Origin: Antedon mediterranea
Taxonomy: Eukaryota; Animalia; Echinodermata
DNA: 64,000 nucleotides
Direction of reading: 5' to 3'
Assembly (NCBI RefSeq): GCF_964355755.1
Contig: NC_092677.1
Coordinates: forward strand, 13,786,101 to 13,850,100
Made by a program: the position numbers and the translations under genes. The notes under the pieces are model-generated. The model had not been told where the DNA came from. It did no database searches and worked only from the letters and a program-made list of their open reading frames with translations. Below, in pieces: positions 32,993 to 46,300 of this stretch. Position 1 is the first letter of the stretch; every line of letters begins with the position of its first letter.

Positions 32993-35090
32993 TTTTTTCT
33001 TCTTTATATACAATGTATATAATATATATAAATTCCGAAGAAACAACATTAATTTGGAAACTCCACATTTTCAGGTGTTTGACTGAACAACAAAGCACCA
33101 AAATCCAATTGGTTTTATAACTACGACCTTATGCAGATGTTTGTTTTCTCATCATCTTGTTTCTTTTCTCATCTTCTTGTTTCTTTTCGTCCTTAATTAC
33201 CATTCAGTCTTACGACCTGTTTATTCTCGTTGTAGGCCTATAGGATCTTAGATTTGAATTCGTTCGTTGTAGGCCTATTATAGATTCAATGTGCAAGTTT
33301 CGTTCATGAAGTTATTGATCGTTTCAGTAAAATATTGATGTTGCAGTTATACTGCATAGACCACAATTCTAATTTCATTAGGCCTATACCTTTACATATT
33401 ATATACACTATATACGTTTTACAGATAAAATTGTTTTCTTCAATCATGGAAGAAAAACAAATTGTTTTATTATTCAGAAGAAACTATTATAATATTAGGC
33501 CTATCGTTAGTCACTTCTTCAAAAATTATATCGTCTTTATAGGTTTTTTGTACGTTGTATGTTGGATTGAAGTGAGTCAATTACTGTCTCAGATATTAGT
33601 AAATTATTCTTTTAAAAATTGTTATTACTGTTCACATTTAAGAAGAACTATTTGTCGATCATCTATTATTCTAATTTTAAGTAATGTAATAATTTCTCCC
33701 ATAGGACGGAACAATTACTTCCGCTGTAACCCAAAAAATCTCCGGGCATATATTCATTTCCTAAATTTTGTCACGAAGAACTGACAAACTATTAGAATGT
33801 TTTAATAGTATGATTATTATCTACTAATTGTTTTAAATAATAAATGCATACAATAGAGGATGACTAACGTGTTCCGTTATATCACCGCTTATAACTTCCC
33901 CGGCTTAAAATTGCGGCGGCAAGAAGCTAAATATGGCGTTATATACCCGTACTGTTTATATAGATATTGTCTTATATATTACGTCATAATATGGCTAATT
34001 ATATATGCATCGTCTCCTGAAATGCTAAATATAGTCATGGAAATTACTTATATCAAACATAAAAATTATTATAGCCAAAAACAAAACAGAACAGAATCAT
34101 AAGATAGTTTAATTTAAATATTATAAAAAAAAAATATTTAAAAAAATCACATCATCCGTATTTTAGTTGATGCAAATAAATTAAAGGCTAGATGCGGGTA
34201 AAAATGTCTATTGATTCCAATAATTATCGATCTATATTTCCCCCTATGTTTCAAAATTGTTGAGATTGTTGCAAATAAGTACTTTCTTTTTTTTTTTTAT
34301 CTTATGTGGGTTCATCCCACTTTTGTTTCCATACAACTGTTCTCTTTACATATATTTTTCACTATACACTATACATATCATTATATTTACAATGTTTGTT
34401 TAATCATCTGTTTACATATACTTATTTAAAGAGTTTTATTCATTTGTTTACATATTATCACATTGATTACATAGCTTCCTCTTTTTATACATATTATCTG
34501 TAACACATTTTCATTAACAAGCTTATTTTTTTCTTACATAGTTGTTTTTGTTTTTTTCATCTACCACATTTTCATTTAATAATGCATATTCTCTGTTATA
34601 CTCATTACTTACTAAATGTTTACTGTTAACATAATATTGTTCTCATCCTTTAACATTAATATTAATATTTTTGTTCTTTAATGTTTACAAAACTTTTATT
34701 TCCAGCAGATTATCCTTTTTTTGCATCTATAACTTCTTAAATTTTCATTTAACTTTTTTACTTTCTTCTCTTATGTGGATTCATTCCACTTTTTTTTTTA
34801 CTTATTTATAATAAGTACTTTCTTATCAGTGGGAGGATAGTTCAAATTACACAGTAAAATCTCTATTCGTTTGTACAGTTGTAAATAGAGAGGCATTTTA
34901 AAAAAACTAAGGGGGTCTGTTAAAAAGTGTTATGATGAATAAATATAGGTAATATAATATAGTTTACGTTTCTAGTATTTTTATTCAACTTCAGAGTTTT
35001 ATTTTCATGCTACAGCAAAAATTATCCACCGTATATCCACCATCTTTTTCACCTTCTAGGGAGTAACCAGACATGTTATTACATGAGATT

Positions 35091-35165
35091 AAACTACCTA
35101 ACTACTGAAAAAACTACCTAACTACTGAAAAAACTACCTAACTACTGAAAAAACTACCTAACTAC
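35091..35165. repeat. 20-bp tandem repeat (AAACTACCTAACTACTGAAA) x~3.7
   Basis: Direct reading. Confidence 0.9.
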
Positions 35166-37337
35166 TTTTATAGCCGAATTTTTCCAAATTTTGTATTTGA
35201 CTTTTTTTTTTAAAGGGAAATTCATGTTTTTTTTCGCCTTGATTTCTATTACAGATTACAATTTGATTTATGTACAATTAACCTTATATTATATTTAAAA
35301 TTCATGCCTGTACCTGAGCTTTAAATGATTAGTCCTGCTTCGTTTTCAAACAGAAAAAATACGTTTATAATTCATTAGGTCTATATGAAATATTTATATA
35401 GGCTGCAGGAATATAACACGGTAACATCAACAACGTTTGGAGGCCTAATTGTTACACGTTGAATAGTTAAAACATTTCGAAATAATATTTAGGTTATGCA
35501 TTATCAACAAAGTTTTACCATCAAATTTACAAAGACAATGTAACGAAAGTCTTGGTGTACAATATAATAAAATACAGTCAAAACATCAGACATTTAAGTA
35601 AAAGTCACTGATTTGTGCATACAAAATCAACAATATTTTAACCAGATTTTTTGTTTTGGTAATTTGGAGACTGAACCAACGTATACCGTTGTTTTTATAC
35701 ATTTATTTATAATCAATCTGGTTCAGGTTGAAATCAGCGAAACGACATGAAGAACAAATTGTTAAAAACTACAATAATTCGATAACTTTAGCAAACTTTT
35801 ATATTTAGAAATAATGATGATACATGCCTCTGCCGATAGTTGCCAGAGAGAATTGTTTTTAAATACAGTACCACAATCTAACAAATTTCTTTACACAAAA
35901 TTACAACTTTGTCTTATTTTTATAAGACACGATCAAAATGTAGAACAGGTTTTCTTTTACCTTGCTGTGAAATCCAGGATAAATGTGTTTAAATAAATTA
36001 TAAATTATATTTACGTGAAACCTGCAGAATAATTAAATTAAATAAAAGGCCTATGCGAAATCTTCGCCGGGTAAAAGCAATGTATAAGAGGTATGTGTAA
36101 TGCATTACTGTAGCTCATGAAGTCTTTAACAAGTTTGAACAATCCTCTCTATGCTAACTTCAATCGAATTTATACTTTATTAAATAAAAAAATGCTTACG
36201 ATCTTTAAGAAAATTCCAGTTAGTTTTAGACAATGTAGTAGAATAGCTCAAAGCTGTTATCCCACAACACACACGCCATCTATTATATCTGTATTAACTT
36301 CTAGGCTGTTCGTCCCCTCTAATAACGGTTGAATGTCGAAGACAAAAAGACCGTTCTGAAGGCATTTATCCCGCAACAGCTGATCTATTCATTGGGAGAA
36401 TGTTAGCCTAACCGCATGTTCTGCATAGTAATTTATGATATGCGAATTGACTATGAAAATATTTGTAGATAATAGTGGTCAGAATTCTCCATTACATATT
36501 GCATTTGTATTGACTGTGTTTGTAATTAGTTGTGGTTTGGCAAAGATTTTAACGACCTCTAGGCCCTACATGTGAAGATAACTTTATATTACTCTTTGTA
36601 CTGCTTCAACAAAAGACGAGCCTACATATTTTGAATATCATGTTATATTTTTCTCATAAAATGTTTATTACTGTTGTTTTTTTGTTGTAAAACACTAATT
36701 TTCACCGCTATATTATATTTAAACCTATAGTTAACTACGCCAGCATCATGCCGTACACAAGTCCATCGTTAGGTCCTAATATCAAATCAAATTGTTGTCC
36801 TCGAATCAATTGTAATGGTTCTGTGATAACGCTAGTTACAGTCCGTTACGCTTAAATGATTAACAGAATGACGTAATGCATAGGCCTAAACAGAGAAAGA
36901 TTAATTTGTACCCTGGGTTCATTGCATGTACATGAGACCCGATTAATTTATGCTTTTATAACAAGCCTAAATCTGTTGACTATTTTATTTCGTCAAGACC
37001 AACATCAAAGAAAGTTGCCACTTAAAAGTATGAAACAGAAAACCGATACAATTAATACCATATAAAGCAAACTTATATCAAAATATGCTTAATTTAATCT
37101 ATATAATAATAATAATAAATAGTAATAATAATAAATAATATATTTATACAGGATAAAACAATCCGATAACACAGTGTATCTGTTTTACATTGTGGCCCTG
37201 TGGGACAATATCGTATTGTTTTATGTCTATTTTCCTTATTACAAGATAACATAATATAATGTACTTGTTTACTGTTGGTTCTTAAAAGAGCAGTTACGAA
37301 TTAACTGGATTCATGTTACTACTAGACCTATCTTTAA

Positions 37338-37650
37338 AGATGTATTGTCCTCCTGAAAAAATAATTCTTTAAAAAAATTTTTTTAATATGCTATTTTAAT
37401 GTCACAAAATAGTTATCCATTTTGACCAAAAATTGGATAGAAAAAATGAATTTACCTGACGAAACTATAATTTAAAGTAAAAAAGTCAAATTGGCTGCCA
37501 GCCAGTGGTTGAATTTAAATATTTATTTTGTCATTTTTTAAGTGAAACAATAATTTTTTGTAATTTTTTTTTATTAAAACTACAAAATCACCTATCCAAA
37601 ATCTGATTTTATTAATTTTCATTTTTCATGTTTTGGGGGACAATACATCT
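37338..37650. mobile_element. Kolobok-like non-autonomous DNA transposon (TTAA TSD, TIR AGATGTATTGTCC)
   Basis: TTAA|AGATGTATTGTCC...GGACAATACATCT|TTAA; relatives at 19518 (left end), ~39020-39244 (right part), 41016-41233 and 61484-61781. TTAA with AG/CT ends fits Kolobok. Confidence 0.8.
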
Positions 37651-39867
37651 TTAATTAAGATTATTTAGTGACTGCGACTCATTTAACAGGTCATAGTTGT
37701 TTTTTTTATCCATTGTTGACGAATTGTGTCATAATTTCAAGTCGATGTACTTACTTGGCTAAGTATAAGTTGTCTGAAATCTTGAATGGTAATTGAGACC
37801 CGGTAGCATTTGCGCCTTTATATCCGCTAAATGAGCGCAAATTGATCGCATACCGTGCCATTGTACACGTTTGCTTATGACTAACACACTCTTTTGTGGT
37901 TTATAAAATTTCCAATAGTTTACAAAAGATTTAATTTATGACATCATTTTAGAAAATTATTGTATGTAAATGAACGATTAAGTACGTGGCGAAGTATATT
38001 AATACGTTAACAAGCAGTGTTGTTCGGGATTAAAAGTTCAAACGTGTGGCTGTTATATTTATACTACATTCTTCTCTGTGTTATTATTAGATTCGATTAT
38101 ATAAAGTTTATCTATAGGCATAAACTTTTTAATTTACCTGGTTTTATGTTTAAAATGTTGATATTATTAACATTAAACGAATATTTGAACGTTTGCATCA
38201 ACTGTAGGCCTAATTGGTCCGGTACCTACTGTAGATGGACAATTGGCAAGTGTAGACATAGAGAATTATACTAGTTTGGTTTGAACGTTTGAAATTGTTG
38301 AAACTAAAATGGTTGTAGGCCTACATCAACCAAAACAAAGTTTATGATGAACGTTAATAATAAATAAAATAACATTTTATATTTCGTCTAAAAAGAACAT
38401 TAAATTACGCAGACGTACAAACTCGTGGATCGTCTGACCATGTCACGACCCGACGACGTGTCCAGAGATAAGAAATTGCGGAAGACTTGTGCATCCTATA
38501 ATTTTGATCGTATCTATCTATACAGTTTATAAATCACAGTAAATCTAAACTGAATGTTTCAAACTTATTACATTTCGTATAATTGACAAACCCACTGTGT
38601 TATGTCGACACGTCACAAACTATAATAATAAGTCAAGGAGATAAATTATGTTTAGAAGGTCAATTATGCAAATCAAAGCATTCAAAATTCTGTATGACTT
38701 TGTTGAGTTTGAAATACGGGACCAATTAATGTATAAGCAATGATGAGTTGTTTTTGTTTTCTGAAAAAAAAGATCCACTTAAACTTTTTTTTTGTGAATC
38801 TCTGGTCCATAAAAAAGTGAGTATTATGTAATTTTTATTTGAATGACTTTTGAAGACTTTTGTTACTTTCTACTACTAATACTAACACTACACTTGTAAT
38901 ATGGTACCTCTATTTAGGGTAAATCCGGAATAAGGTATTCTAATTGAGTACCGAGGTTCCCTCCTGATATATTTAATAGTAGTGATATAGTTTCTATCTT
39001 AAAATAAATTATTAACATTATTCAGTAATACTTTTAATGTCACTTGCTAGTTATCTACTTTAAACAAAATTGAATCGAAAAAAAAAATTATTTGCCTGAA
39101 AAAATTGAAATTGAGAAAACTATTAACTTTTTTCGGGTTTTTTTGCGGAAAGGATTAACTTTATTAAAACTACATCAAAATAACTATTTCAAAGTCTGAT
39201 TTAATTAATCTATATTTTTCTTGTTTTTGGGGAACAATACATCTTTAAATTAAGATTTAAACCTAATAAAAAAAGAAAGACTTAATTAAATTAACATGGA
39301 AATAATATTAAAAATAATAATAAAATGATAATTTTAATTTCCTAATTCTATAGTTTTTATGTAATGATTGTAGCGAAATTGACAATGGTTTCTTGGGACT
39401 TGCTAGTGCCATTTTTATATTTTTAGAAACTGTTTGTCATGCATACAGTGTTAGTTGATTCCTGATATTAGTCTTAAAGTAATCTCTTGGAACGATAATC
39501 TTAAAAACCACACCTATATTTACTCCAGTTTTCAAGCCGACTTTGATCTTGATTTTAATCTTTTAATCATAGTTTCAACAAACATTATTATTAGTATAAA
39601 AAAACCGCCAATTCTCTATTCATATTATACATTTGCTAGCATTGGCCTTCGAATTTATTTTTCAGCCGTCTCAAGTTGCTGATTTGCGGTGAATTAAAAT
39701 TAAGAACTAGCACGCTATATTGACAAACAAAAATAGAAAAAAATGCTGGTCTTTTAATTCAGGCCAAAACAGGCCTATAGTTTATGTGTATTTAGCTGTT
39801 TGGTGTCACATTACAATACAGATTCCAGTACCTACAGTATTTTCCATTATGTGCAGCGTAAACACTA

Positions 39868-39971
39868 TTTTCCACACTGAGCGAATCTGTTCGCGAGAAT
39901 CGAAAGCGTGAATACGCATGCGTATAAACTGACGCTTTCGATTCGCGCGAACAATTTCGCCTAGTGGAAAA
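39868..39971. mobile_element. Palindromic MITE-like hairpin
   Basis: TTTTCCAC..GCGAA..TGTTCGCG.GAATCGAAAGCGT inverted to ACGCTTTCGATTCGCGCGAACA..TTCGC..GTGGAAAA. Confidence 0.7.
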
Positions 39972-41015
39972 GCGGCTTAAGTTGTTTAAATCTTTTATTT
40001 GACCAATCACGTGATTTTAAAACTTTCACATTAAAATCAAATGGCCGATCAGTACGAAGCGAATGAATACATGATAGGCCTACGTTTTTTATTTAGTTTC
40101 ATTCTTAGTGAACGAAAACACTATATTTTAAATATAAGTACGGTATGCATCATCTGTGAATTCATTTTGATTCATTTTTAAAAAGGAAGCATAAGCCCTC
40201 TTTAAGACTTTGATTATAGGTGTTTTTAGTTCATCCTTTTGAACTTTGCTAACCCTAAACTGTCCAACGAAGAACGTACCCAAGCCAATGGTCTGCGGCC
40301 TTACCGTCATCGCTTGTGCAAAACGCATTTTGTAACGAAAGCTCACTATTGACCAATCACAGTCGACGGATTACCTCAATTGTCGCTTAAGCCTGTTTTC
40401 TAGGTTGAACTGACCAATCAAATAGTTCACAAATTACGTCATCATAGTTTGTGACAAAATCTGTACGCGCCGACAATTCTTTAATTTTTACTACGCGAGG
40501 ATGTTTTCACCTTTTTTGTACATTTTTAAGGTTTTATATTTCAAAATAACAAGCGTAAGTTAAACTGAATTTTAATACAAAAACAATTTAATTTAATCAA
40601 TGTCTTTAAGTGTAAGCCTAGATTAAGAAATCAGTATACACGTGCCCTAGGGCAGGTTGCATAAATAAGAAAACGAAACTTTTCCAATGTTCACTCTTAA
40701 CTGACTTAGTTGTAATGTACTTCAAATTTAAAATTATCTTTTAATACTTACACAAAATATGTGTTTGTTACATCATACTAACCCGGACAAACATTTCTCA
40801 TGGGAACACTGCTAATTCCTAGAAGATCGTATCATCAGAATAAATAGTCTATCTGTTATGTCAGTGGATGTTGGCCAATATTGCGGTAACACAAACGGAA
40901 TAAAGTTTATTACATAAAATTTAAAACACTTGTCAATTACAACAGACAATTAATCCATTGTGTTCATATTTCTGTACAGTTTTATGATTGTGCACAATAC
41001 GGACGTAATATTAAA

Positions 41016-41233
41016 AGATATATTGTCCCTTTTATTTATTCACTTTGACCAAAAATTGGATCGAAAACAAAATAATTTACCTGAAAAAAATAGTTAAGCA
41101 AAAAATAGTCAAATTGGCTTTTAGCTTTGCCAGTTTTTGATTGAATTTAACTGTTTGTGTTTACTTTTTTGTATGTAAAAATAGAAAATTTTAGTAATCT
41201 TTATTTTTCATGTTGTTGGGGGACAAAACATCT
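41016..41233. mobile_element. Kolobok-like element copy (internally deleted)
   Basis: AGATATATTGTCCC...GGGGACAAAACATCT|TTAA; shared internal TTTGACCAAAAATTGGAT. Confidence 0.72.
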
Positions 41234-41438
41234 TTAAAGTTTAGGCTATATCGTTTATATTTCGTTCAATTTTATAACACTCCAAATTCGACTTTGAGAA
41301 CAAAATTAAACAGAGTAGCCGTTAAATAGAACCATTGAATAGAGATTTAAGAAACGAATGAAATAACGCAATCAAATGGCAACGATGGAAACACAATTAT
41401 CCTAACCAGTTTGAGTAATTTAACTTATATATGAAGAT

Positions 41439-41586
41439 AGATTGGTTCTCACTAAGACGCAACGCAAGGACGCTAATCTGACCAATCACAATTGATGGAT
41501 TATTTGAACAATTGATTGTCATTGGTACATCAACTCGCTTGCGTTGCGCTTACGTCCTTGTGTTGCTTCCTATTGGGAACTAAGCT
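41439..41586. mobile_element. MITE family C copy
   Basis: TTGGTTCTCACTAAGACGCAACGCAAGG...TTGGGAACTAAGCT. Confidence 0.7.
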
Positions 41587-42149
41587 GGTACAATTGTCAT
41601 GGGTTGGCAAATACCCCAACCAAATGAAAAGGATCTAGACTAACTTATATAATGTAGTCTTTTATAATTTTCCTGTCAATCACGAACTTCTTACTCTAAA
41701 GCTGAAGTAAAGTAAAAATAAATACAGTGATTAAAACAACAGGATACCAATCCACTCGTATTTATACCCCTTTTATGTGTGTGTTTTTTGTTGTTTAATC
41801 GATCAGGATTTAAATCTCTCTTGTTGTATGTTTAGTGACTGTTGTCCACGGATTCTAATAAATATTTAAATATGATTATGACATCAATGCAATAACTCTG
41901 ACATTTAATTTGTTAACCGTTGCAATTTCCATTTTTTTTCTACTTCAAGAAATCCCTAATTTTAAATTGATTGATTTTATAAAATTTAATTTGTTTTTAC
42001 CAATAAAAAGAGAATCGTTTTAGAGTGGCGTATAATTAGCCTAGGCCCTACTTGTAAATATTTTTATATTTTCAAATATGTTTGATAGACCAATGTTTCG
42101 TAATCGACTGTATCATACCAAAGTTATGCATGTTAGAGTCATGATATGC

Positions 42150-42690
42150 TACTGTGTATGGCGTGATCACGCTACTTATCACTCTTTTACATGGTGAGGT
42201 CACGCTACTATGTCCACGCTTTTTATGGTGAGGCCACTCTACTCTGCACTCTTTGCATGATGAGGTTACGATACTCTGCACTCTTTGCATGGTTAGGTCA
42301 CGCTACTTCGACCACGTTTTTCATGGTGAGGTCACGCTACTCTGCACTCTTTACATGGTGTGGTCACGCTACTATGACCGCTTGTCATGGTGAGGTCACG
42401 CTACTCGCTACTGTTCATATGGCAAGGTCATGCTGCTTTCAGATCTTTGCATGGGTTCGGCATGCTATCTTCTTGTCACTTTTCAAATGACGAGGTCATG
42501 AGGATTTCTATTCTTTGATGGTGAGGTCATGCTACTCATCACCCTTTTTAGGTCATGCTACTCGCCCCTTTTGTATTGTGAGGTCAATTTACGCATCACT
42601 CTTTACATAATGATTTCATGCTACTCGTCCCTTTTTGCATTGTGAGGTCATGCTACTCACTACCATTTACATATAGAGGTCATACCACTT
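42150..42690. repeat. Degenerate ~32-33-bp minisatellite with core ATGGTGAGGTCACGCTACT, ~15 copies
   Basis: Core recurs at 42191, 42225, 42258, 42289, 42323, 42355, 42387 and onward. Confidence 0.85.
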
Positions 42691-43916
42691 ACAACTTACA
42701 TACATACATAGTATGTAAGTATGCTGGGTGTGAGCTTCTCCCCACTCTTAGTGCGATGACGTCATGTTGCTATTTTACCATTCAATATGTGTCATCTGTT
42801 TTTTTCACATTATCACTTTCATCAGGATGTATTATATTGGTTTTATTTATTTATAATTGCGTGCAGGTCGTTAAGTCAGCCTGGAAGCCATCCAGCCATG
42901 TATACACAGGGCTTTATGTCCCGTCAGCGTATGTCCCGTCTAGCGTTTCACACCACAACACCTGTAGGCCAAATGATCACGTAGATAACAAGCAAATCAA
43001 CTAAACTTTTTTTTTATCCGATGACGTAATCTTTCTGTGACCAAATCGCAGTTCGTCAAATTCGTGGAAGATCGTTTAGATATAGAATTCAAAGAGATTG
43101 CAACAATTTCTTAAAAGATTTTGTAACAAAATTAAATTGAATCAGAAGTAAATGTATATCCACAGCGGAATACTTTAAGGGGGTAGTGGGGGGGGGGGGG
43201 GAAGGGCGGTTTCTAACTCAATTACGAAAAAATGGGACTCTACAATTTTCGTTAAGAAATTAATAGGCCAGCTGGCCTCATAATATCAAACGATAAATAA
43301 GTAAGTAGTGCTCTTTGATTGGATACATTTTTAGTATCCGTAAGCCCATTCATGGTTTATGAGACGGTCGTTAATTAGAGGATTGACAACGTGACTTTTG
43401 TTTGTTGTTCGTAGTACCTATTCCTACTCAAGATGTTAATTGGAATCATGCCAACAACATACAAAAATCGTTCATAATATGGGATGATAATTATTATACT
43501 AAATTAAGTTCATCAGCTTTCATTCAATTTGTGTTACTTTTACTTTGTTTTATTTTTACGACAATGTATTACAACAAATGATTTAGGGTCTAGACGTCTT
43601 ATACCAATATTTTATTAGCATATCAGGCGAAAACTAAATGCTTCTACGAATCCAGTTTTGATGCGATACCGGCCACTTCATATCAAGGTTGCGTCTGAGT
43701 ACCTTGAACGTGACTTTAATCTAAAAATTACGTGACAAAAAATTTAAATATGAATTAAAACACATCATCGAATTACTCTATTCGTTAGTCATTTTTTACG
43801 TTGTATAACGTCGTACGGTAAGGTGTTTCAAAGCTACGTTTTACACTGAGCCGGATCCGTTTTTGTGTCTAGAGAAACCCTACGTTCACACGTTTTGTAA
43901 GGAATGCGAAATTAGA

Positions 43917-44778
43917 GTTAGTGTGAACGGTTCTATTCTTAAACACGTCAATAGTGTTAGGCCGACGCATTAGTGTAAATTCGTCAATAGTTTTAATTGT
44001 TAGTGTGAACGGTTCTGTTCTTAAACACGTCAATAATGTTACGTGTTAATTTGAACGGTTCTATTCTTAAACACGTCAATAATGTTACTCGTCAGTGTGA
44101 ACGGTTCTATTCTTAAACACGTCAATATGGTTACGCATTAGTGTGTACGGTTCTGTTCTTAAACACGACAATAGTGTCACGTGTTAGTTTGAACGGTTCT
44201 AATCTTAAACACGTCAATATTGTTACGCGTTAGCGTGAAAGATTCTAATCTTAAACACGTCAATAGTGTTACTCGTTAGTGTGAACGGTTCTATTCTTAA
44301 ACATGTCGATAGTGTTACTCGTCAGTGTGAACGGTTCTGTTTTTGAACACGCCAATAGTGTTACTCGTTAGTGTGTACGGTTCTAATCTGAAACACGTCA
44401 AAAGTGTTACTCGTCAGTGTGAACGGTTCTATTCTTAAACACGTCAATAGTGTTACGCATTAGTGTGTACGGTTCTGTTCTTAAACACGTCGATAGTGTC
44501 ACGTGTTAGTGTGAACGGTTCTTATCTTAAACACGTCAATATTGTTACGCGTTAGCGTGAAAGATTCTAATCTTAAAACGTCAATAGTGTTACTCGTTAG
44601 TGTGAACGGTTCTTCTCTTAAACATGTCAATAGTGTTACTCGTCAGTGTGAACGGTTCTTTTCTTGAACACGCCAATAGTGTTACTTTTTAGTGTGTACG
44701 GTTCTAATCTGAAAAACGTCAAAAGTGTTACTCGTCAGTGTGAACGGTTCTATCTTATAAACACGTCAATAGTGTTAC
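43917..44778. repeat. 46-bp minisatellite (GTGTGAACGGTTCTATTCTTAAACACGTCAATAGTGTTACTCGTTA), ~18 copies with a 322-bp higher-order duplication
   Basis: Period 46; variant GCGTGAAAGATTC at 44233 and 44555 (7x46 apart). Confidence 0.93.
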
Positions 44779-45809
44779 ATTGCACGTGCGTCGTGTCTGT
44801 AAAGATAACGTTGATACAGTACAGCATTTTCAATAACCTTCACCTTTGTCTATTCTCTATTTAACCGCAGCTTGTACTTGCTTTGTTATTTTTGTTGTTA
44901 ATAAATTGTTTATGTATTCTTAAAAATCAAACTGCGTGGAGAATGTTCTTAACAATAAAGTTGAACGTGTTTGGTATATCGTTTCCGGGACCACGTAAAA
45001 TATAAAAAAAAATAATGAAAATAAGATTAAGAGTATAGACTACGTAGGCCTACATAAACATATTGCATTTTAACTAACTAGTGCTATTTATAATGTATAA
45101 ATCGTATATTAATCAAAACTAAACAACATACTTAAGATCTATTACTTTTCTATTCTAAATTATTTAAAACAATACAAATATATTTTCTATAACATAACAT
45201 ATGTTTTTGTGACCTTTTCTTTATTTAGGCTATCTCTTAATATAAATAATCATTTTTGTGGTGAATTATATAGGCCTATTAGTAGTTACCTTTTCTATTA
45301 TTTTATTTTAAAGTAATATTTAATGTCCTTCTCTACTTTTACAATGTTGACTATTACCAACGTGAAATCCATAAAAGAAAGTACTGTAAATTAATGTTTT
45401 AGCTTGTTGTCAAACTCAACCTGTGGTCATAACAATTATCTAATTTTAGAGTTTATGTAAAATGATACTTTTAATTCGTAACCACTCATCAAGCAACCAC
45501 AAACTCTCATATGCGTTGTTGATACTCAACGTGGACTATTAACGAACGGTACTCGTGACCGCACTCACCACAATGACCGCAAATCCTCGCCATCAATAAT
45601 AAGCTTAATAGGCCTTCGAGCAGCCAATTATCGCTTCTATTTCACTATGTTATATTTACAAATCCACGACACACGATCTAAATTGGTGTAAAATTGGTAT
45701 AATTATATATATCAGTTGTTGGTCAGTCCGTCGGTCAGTCGTGTTTTTACGGGTTATTTCGTACGATTTGGTGAGCTTTAAAACGGAGTCACTGCTAGTC
45801 TGTCCAGTG

Positions 45810-46300
45810 TTGGTGTGGTGGGGGTGTTGTTATGGCTTTATTTGTTTGTATGTTTGATTGGTTTATTGGTGATTTGATTGGTTGTTGTTTTTTGTGGTTT
45901 GATTTGTTGGTTGGTTGCTTTGTCGGGTTGATTGGTTTTTGGTTAATCGTGTGGCCTGATGATTGGTGATTTCATTGGTTTCGATTGGTCGTGTGGCATG
46001 GTTGATTGGTGTTGTGGTTGGTTGTGTGGCATGATTGATTTGTGGTTTGGGTAGTTGGGGGTTGGGTCTGTGGCATGGTCGATTGTTTTTGTTGATACGT
46101 GGTCTGGACTATTGGTGGTTTGTGGTTGCTGGTTGGTCGTGTGACCGGGTTGATTGTTTTTTTTGTCGTGTGGCCTGGCTGATTGGTGGTTAAATAGTTG
46201 TGGTTGGTTGTGTGGCTTGGTTTTGATCGTTTAGTTGGTAGTCATGGTAGTCATGGTAGTCATGGTAGTTTGATTGGCTGGTGGTTAGAGGTTGTTAGGG
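45810..46300. repeat. G/T-rich low-complexity repeat (GGTT, GATTGGT, GTGTGGC units)
   Basis: Strong strand bias; recurring ggttgattgg...gtgtggc. Confidence 0.8.

Noticed and set aside
43917-44778. CRISPR-like regular array
   Set aside because: No unique spacers, no cas genes, eukaryotic context; plain tandem repeat.
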